DNA of 64,000 nucleotides from IMG/VR virus record IMGVR_UViG_3300049048_000035, positions 31,856 to 95,855 of that record. One strand, 5' to 3'. The notes beneath the pieces were generated by a model. The model did no database searches, was not told the DNA's origin, and saw only the letters and a list, made by a program, of their open reading frames with translations. Origin of the DNA: a virus (lineage: Duplodnaviria > Heunggongvirae > Uroviricota > Caudoviricetes). Position 1 is the stretch's first letter; each line of letters begins with the position of its first letter. Below, piece by piece: positions 62,846 to 64,000 of the stretch. Position numbers and translations under genes: made by a program.

Positions 62846-63619
62846 ATGAAATTCGAAGTTATCGCCGCGGGCAAGGGTTTGCAAATCACGGCCGAAAACC
62901 CTGCCGAAGTTCGAACCGTTATCCAGCATTTCAAACTGGACCCGTTCGAATACGTGGAAGGCATCGGCACGGGTTCGCTTGTCTACGTGGAAAAGGCTAG
63001 CGGGTATCAAGGCACGGCCGAATGGCATGCTCTAACTGCTTCCCTTGGCCCGGAATGGCTCGCCCCCTATATGGATCGTTTGCAGCGTGTCACGGGATAC
63101 GCTGGCCCGATTCCTACGCTTGAGCTTGCCGCTACGGACTGGCAGCCTAGCGGGTGGTTGCTGAGCCACACGCACCACGTAGACCGGGCCAGCATTAGCC
63201 CGGAAGGCGCGCAGGTTCACGGCTACAAAATGGCGGGGGAATGGAACGGGCGCACGGCTGCACAATACGCCGTGCAATTGTTCGTCGAATACGTCCGAAA
63301 GGATATCGGCGACGAAAAGCGGGAACCTGAATACATCCGGCTTGGTAACGGGTTGCTGAAAGAAAACCCGAACTATCTCAAGCGGCATGCTCCGCATGCT
63401 GCCCTAACTAATTCCCGTTTGTTTGGGGCTTTGGTTCAATGGTGGATGGATACTCATGCAACCCCGGGGCAGCGGGAAACGCTGGAAAAGGCTTTTGCTA
63501 CATATAAAACGGTTTGCAAAACCGCATCCCTCGGTGAATGGCTTATCCGTGAATACAGCGGATATCGCCTTACATGGGAATCCGGGGTTATTTCCTTCGA
63601 ACAATTCAAGGGGCTTTGA
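62846..63619 (+). CDS. hypothetical protein (257 aa)
   Basis: RBS aaaggggcacgttATG. Distinct codon usage (ACG/CCG/CGG/AAA-rich). Confidence 0.5.
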   Translation: MKFEVIAAGKGLQITAENPAEVRTVIQHFKLDPFEYVEGIGTGSLVYVEKASGYQGTAEWHALTASLGPEWLAPYMDRLQRVTGYAGPIPTLELAATDWQPSGWLLSHTHHVDRASISPEGAQVHGYKMAGEWNGRTAAQYAVQLFVEYVRKDIGDEKREPEYIRLGNGLLKENPNYLKRHAPHAALTNSRLFGALVQWWMDTHATPGQRETLEKAFATYKTVCKTASLGEWLIREYSGYRLTWESGVISFEQFKGL

Positions 63620-63620
63620 A

Positions 63621-63869
63621 ATGACAAAGCGTGAATATCAAGCTAAAGACAGCCAAAAACCGCTAGGCGATGCGGGCATTGCCAAAATGCGGGACATTAT
63701 GAAAAACGGCTATTCGAAGGTTAATAGCGTAACGGTTGACAGCTACAGCGCTTCAGCCGTTATTGCAGTGTTTGACAAACTGAACCCGGAAAATCAGGCA
63801 AAGCTTAAAGGGCTGACGGTTCAAAAAGCCGTTTCCGTTTGCTTTAAGTTGCTGAACAAACAAAGCTAG
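63621..63869 (+). CDS. hypothetical protein (82 aa)
   Basis: ATG 2 nt after the previous stop. Confidence 0.4.
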   Translation: MTKREYQAKDSQKPLGDAGIAKMRDIMKNGYSKVNSVTVDSYSASAVIAVFDKLNPENQAKLKGLTVQKAVSVCFKLLNKQS

Positions 63870-64000
63870 CAGCTTCCCCCTAGGCACGCCCTAGGGGCTT
63901 GCGAAAGGGCATCCCGCTAGGGTGCCTTTCCTCAAGCATCATTCAGCCCTTGTAGGGCTTTCTAGGCCCCTTGCCGGGGGCGTTTAGTTCCTAACCGCTC

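Overview
This 64 kb window looks like most of a tailed (siphovirus-type) bacteriophage genome, with GC content around 50-55%. The calls below come from reading the six-frame translations by eye against remembered family motifs. No database search was run, so treat every product name as a hypothesis.

Layout:
- 1-19.7 kb (+): late operon. It holds a gpU-like fragment, the major tail protein, the tail chaperone G and a G-T fusion made by a -1 programmed frameshift, a 1687-aa tape-measure protein, minor tail and fibre proteins (one with 2.5 tandem ~210-aa repeats), then a lysis cassette (holin-like protein, GH24 endolysin, GTA-type 3TM holin). It ends at a pair of convergent terminators.
- 19.8-49.3 kb (-): one long leftward early operon. 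It carries a T7-like replisome (ATP-dependent ligase, gp4-like primase-helicase, family-A DNA polymerase, gp2.5-like SSB, gp6-like exonuclease). It also carries a dNTP-supply module (class II ribonucleotide reductase, NrdH-like redoxin, ThyX, dNMP kinase, MazG) and an HNH endonuclease. Accessory genes include an HD-domain (p)ppGpp-hydrolase-like protein, an SPFH/band-7 lipoprotein with a small membrane partner, a SleB-like wall hydrolase, a C5-methyltransferase-like protein lacking a target-recognition domain, a PcfJ-like protein, lipoproteins and a two-gene high-GC insertion.
- 49.3-49.65 kb: divergent control region with a 49-bp palindrome and direct repeats.
- 49.65-60.2 kb (+): rightward operon. 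It holds dUTPase, an NAD+ salvage pair (a bifunctional NMN-adenylyltransferase/Nudix protein and a nicotinamide phosphoribosyltransferase; this is the known NARP2 anti-defence pathway), a small serine recombinase with its own near-consensus sigma70-like promoter, and many small ORFs.
- 60.25-61.7 kb: an ORF-free, highly structured region with a cluster of DnaA-box 9-mers (TTATCCACA) and iteron-like direct repeats. This is a candidate origin or DnaA-recruitment site.
- 61.7-64 kb: a compositionally distinct module of tiny genes, each with its own hairpin terminator.

No integrase, repressor, tRNA or CRISPR was seen. Gene starts were adjusted by eye to the nearest RBS-preceded ATG/GTG where I could check them.
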